Shown in pieces: positions 60,741 through 64,000 of a stretch of 64,000 nucleotides of DNA. Numbering within the stretch: position 1 is the first letter of the stretch; every line of letters begins with the position of its first letter. Made by a program: the position numbers and the translations under genes. Source of the DNA: Podarcis liolepis (Eukaryota); assembly GCA_965112155.1 (NCBI GenBank), contig OZ218098.1; one strand, given 5' to 3'. Under the pieces are notes generated by a model, which did no database searches, was not told the DNA's origin, and saw only the letters and a program-made list of their open reading frames with translations.

Positions 60741-62726
60741 GTATTTCACGGTGTTTTATAGCAGAAATTGCTCACTTTGACCATCCAGGTGATGTTGAAT
60801 TACACCTCCCAACATCCCTGACTGGCCATTAGCCATGCTGGCTGAGTCTAAGCGGGTAGTGGGGAGTCCGACAATATGATGTGGTTGATTTCTCTTTTAT
60901 AGAGCTAGAAGGTTCTTGTTGAAGCACATACTCAGAATCTACTTTACATATCATTTTCCAAAATTTATTTCCCATTAAAAGATCTCTTAATAAAGATGGC
61001 ATGTCTTATTTTTAAAATAATGGATGTAAACAAAAGAGAAGCAGCGCCGATGGGAGTGATTGCCTCGAAAATTATGTTTATACAGCAATACCTTCTGCTT
61101 CCTTTCTGCCTACGCATAACTGGGCAGCAGCGGAGTGCGAGGTGTAAACTCTCCTGTCCCCAGGACTCAGCTATACAGCTGCAAATAAAACGTTTTCAGT
61201 GCAATATACAATGTGATATATTGTAAGGCGATGGTGAGCCTGATGGAAAATTCAATATATTTTTTAAAAACGCATTAAAAAAACACATTTTCAAAACGAT
61301 TTTTATATTTGTGTAGATTCCACCAGGTTCACTTCTCTCCCATACCCCACCGCCCTTTCCATTTATTCTCTTGCTCTGCACACGTTGCATTTTGAATGTG
61401 AGTGTTCATGCATGCATGACACAGCAGTTCTATAAAGGAATAAGGGAAGGGGGACTGAACACAGAAGGAAAGACAGCTGAACAGAGCCACGTGTGACTGA
61501 ACCAATGAGAGATTAGTAAGTGATGCCTCCAACTAGGGATTTGGGAAAGCTGTGAACTAAAATTGGGGGGGGGGCACCCAAAGCAGTAGTTCTGTGCAGA
61601 CTTGGCAGTAAACTCCATTGAACCCAGTGGGACCTACTTCTGAGTAAACCTGCAAACAAGGCTGACACACTTGTCATGCACTCAACATCTCAGTACTGTG
61701 TCTAAACGGTTCAGAAAAAGAGGAAACATGACTTAATTTTGGAGGAAATACAATAAACAAGGTGTATTTTGTTTTCACAATAATTAATGCAGATTATAAA
61801 TATGGCTTTGTGCTTTCAGAGCAGGCGGTGGGGAGAGTTCCCTAAAAATAAATTCCGTTGCTGCTTAAAATTTCAAAATACTTTTTTTCAGCCCTGCTTT
61901 AAGATGTCTTCAAATCATGACAGATCTTATATATTAACACACTTTCATTTTGTTTCCATGGTGTAGTAAAAAGTTGTGATTATTTTCCGAATCCTGTATT
62001 AAACCTCTCTTTGACTTTCTGTGTTAACCTGGATTAATTTGACACTCCAGTTGTGGAATTGCATCTTCCATTTCCAATCGATTTAATAGTACAGTAGTAC
62101 TAGTTCTCGGAGCAGTGAAGTTTCTGAAGGTCTGGTGCTTACCCAAGTTTAATTCCATTTAGAATACTTTACTGGAGGCTCATTACCATTTCGTTGTAAT
62201 TTCGTTGTCCCCGAGAGGGGGCAATGACAATAAAGATATTATTATTATTATTTTGTAGTATTTATGATTATATCCAAATATGCAGATGCACATTAACAAA
62301 GAAAGGTACTATCAACCGTGCCAGGATTATTAAGGCAGTCTCCAATTCTTTTTCACCCTCTTCTTTCCAAACTTCCAATAGTGCCTGTTTATGGTCTGAA
62401 TTATGCTTGTCTTAACAGTCTACTTGGTTATGCCCTCTGCGCGGACAGACTCCTCTCCTATCTGGGGCTTGACACACAAAGTGCCCCTATTTTTATCTGT
62501 GAAATGTTGTGACAGTAAGCTTTAACAATTTAAGTAATAATCAAGAAAGCCTTTGCCCTCATTACTAAGACAACAACCAAGCACCACCCACCAACCAAGC
62601 ACCCCAAACTCCTGTGCCTTTTAGCAAATACACAACAGGCAGAAATACAAGGGGGGCAAGGAGCTTTCTCTGTTGCACCATCTCCATGCCAGAAAACACA
62701 CAATCCGAACATCTGCCTGTCACGCA

Positions 62727-63431
62727 CAGGGCTGGATTTAGGTTTGATGAGGTCCTAAGCTACTGAAGGTAATGGGGCCCTTTATACGTCCAGCTGTGGG
62801 TTTTTTTGCCACTGTTTCTTGTGTTGAATATATGCTATTTGGCAATTTATGGACCTAATAGGTATCTAAAGCCATTTGCACATAACAAAATACGTATTTT
62901 ATCAAAGTAATTGTTGAACTGAAATACAATTAAGAAGTATATTAATCGTAAGATACAATTAAGAAGTAGTACAGTGGTACCTCGGGTTAAGAACTTAATT
63001 TGTTCTGGAGGTCCGTTCTTAACCTGAAACTGTTCTTAACCTGAGGTACCACTTTAGCTAATGGGGCCTCCTGCCGCCGCCGTGTGATTTCTGGTCTCAT
63101 CCTGAAGCAAAGTTCTTAACCCAAGGTACTATTTCTGGGTTAGCAGTGTCTGTAACTTGAAGCGTCTGTAACCCGAGGTTCCATTGTATATTAATAGTGA
63201 AATAATTATTAAGCTCTAACTTAAAATGATTGGGGACCCATTACTTACATCACAGGAGTCTACACAACACAAAACACTGTTGCTGTATGTAACTTTTATT
63301 TTATTTGTTTTTTATCTTATATTTTGGAAATGTACATCCAGGTTTTTTCCCCTTTACATTTTTTGGGGTCCCCAAGAGAGTGAGGCCCTAAGCTATAGCT
63401 TGTTTAGCTTATGTACGTAAATCCGGCAGTG
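62727..63431. mobile_element. Non-autonomous hAT-like DNA transposon containing a nested Tc1/mariner MITE (62972-63186)
   Basis: TIRs CAGGGCTGGATTTA / TAAATCCGGCAGTG; subterminal tgaggtcctaagcta / tgaggccctaagcta; nested TA|CAGTGGTACCTCGGGTTA...CCATTG|TA. Confidence 0.8.
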
Positions 63432-63589
63432 GGGGGCGGGGAGCTGTCTCTGTTGCACCATTTCCATGCCAGAAAACGCACCATACGAACTCCTGCCTGT
63501 CACGCAGCTATGAAAAGCCTAGCAGCGATGAAAAGGACATTCTAAGGTAGCTGCGAGGCTTTTATCCAGCTCCCATTTCAGAAACTAAA

Positions 63590-64000
63590 CAGAGCGGAAG
63601 AGCACCTTGGCTTCCTCCTCCGCCACTTCGTCTCTGGACTCTCCAAGCAGAAAGTGGTTGAGCACGAGAACTTCCGCGAAATTCCGGACGTCTCCCTCTC
63701 GGCTGGCGGCGGCGGCACCTGCTCCAAGCCGAGCCGGCGTCGCTGGGGAAACAAACGGCCGAGGGGCAGCGCCCGCGAGGCGAGTTGCAGCTGAAGGCAG
63801 CCCCCCCCCCGTAGGGACCCAGGCGCAGGGCCGGATTCAAACCGCCCAATGGAGTGTCAGATTGGGGGCAAGGGCGGGCATAGCGGCGGCCAATGGAGAA
63901 CGAGGATATTGGGAGGTGTGGCCTGCGTCGGTGATTTCAAACCCACTTGAGGAGCGGCCCGAGGTTTGCCTTACCGACTGGCCGGTCGCGGCCTAGGTGA
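63590..64000 (+). promoter_or_regulatory. CpG-island promoter of the downstream gene (probably CKAP5 by synteny), with possible first-exon donor CTAG|GTGA at 63997
   Basis: High GC and CpG; four CCAAT/ATTGG boxes (63846, 63861, 63890, 63908), GC box 63872, TTCAAA at 63836 and 63936, CCGCGAAA at 63674. The gene identity is inferred from the mammalian LRP4-then-CKAP5 order; no CKAP5 coding sequence is in the window. Confidence 0.75.

Noticed and set aside
63562-63996. 129-aa (+) and 95-aa (-) ORFs in the CpG island
   Set aside because: Non-ATG starts and low-complexity Ala/Arg/Gly/Pro content, typical of stop-poor GC-rich promoter DNA.

Overview
This is eukaryotic genomic DNA from a squamate, most likely a lacertid lizard, judging by the Sauria SINE of lacertid type, Squam-type SINEs and CR1/L2/L1 fragments. 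The window holds exons 2-38 of LRP4 (agrin/MuSK co-receptor and Wnt/sclerostin modulator) on the + strand, 3319..50878. Exon 1 lies upstream of the window. All 37 exons have GT-AG boundaries and splice into one open frame of about 1,880 aa: 8 LDLa repeats, EGF repeats, 4 YWTD beta-propellers, a Ser/Thr linker, a TM helix, NPSY and a C-terminal PDZ ligand ESDV. A long 3'UTR follows, then an intergenic region with candidate antisense exons. The window ends in a CpG-island promoter with CCAAT, CHR and E2F-like motifs, probably CKAP5 by synteny. The most interesting unexplained structure is a cluster of four candidate micro/mini-exons (6, 11, 23 and 41 nt) in the last LRP4 intron. Together they would insert 27 aa in frame into the cytoplasmic tail, while partial inclusion would remove the PDZ ligand. 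Other observations: a (TG)n-based splice acceptor, a 76-bp direct repeat flanking a DNA transposon, an intron filled by a hairpin, and a candidate poison exon. Human comparisons are from memory and were not computed.
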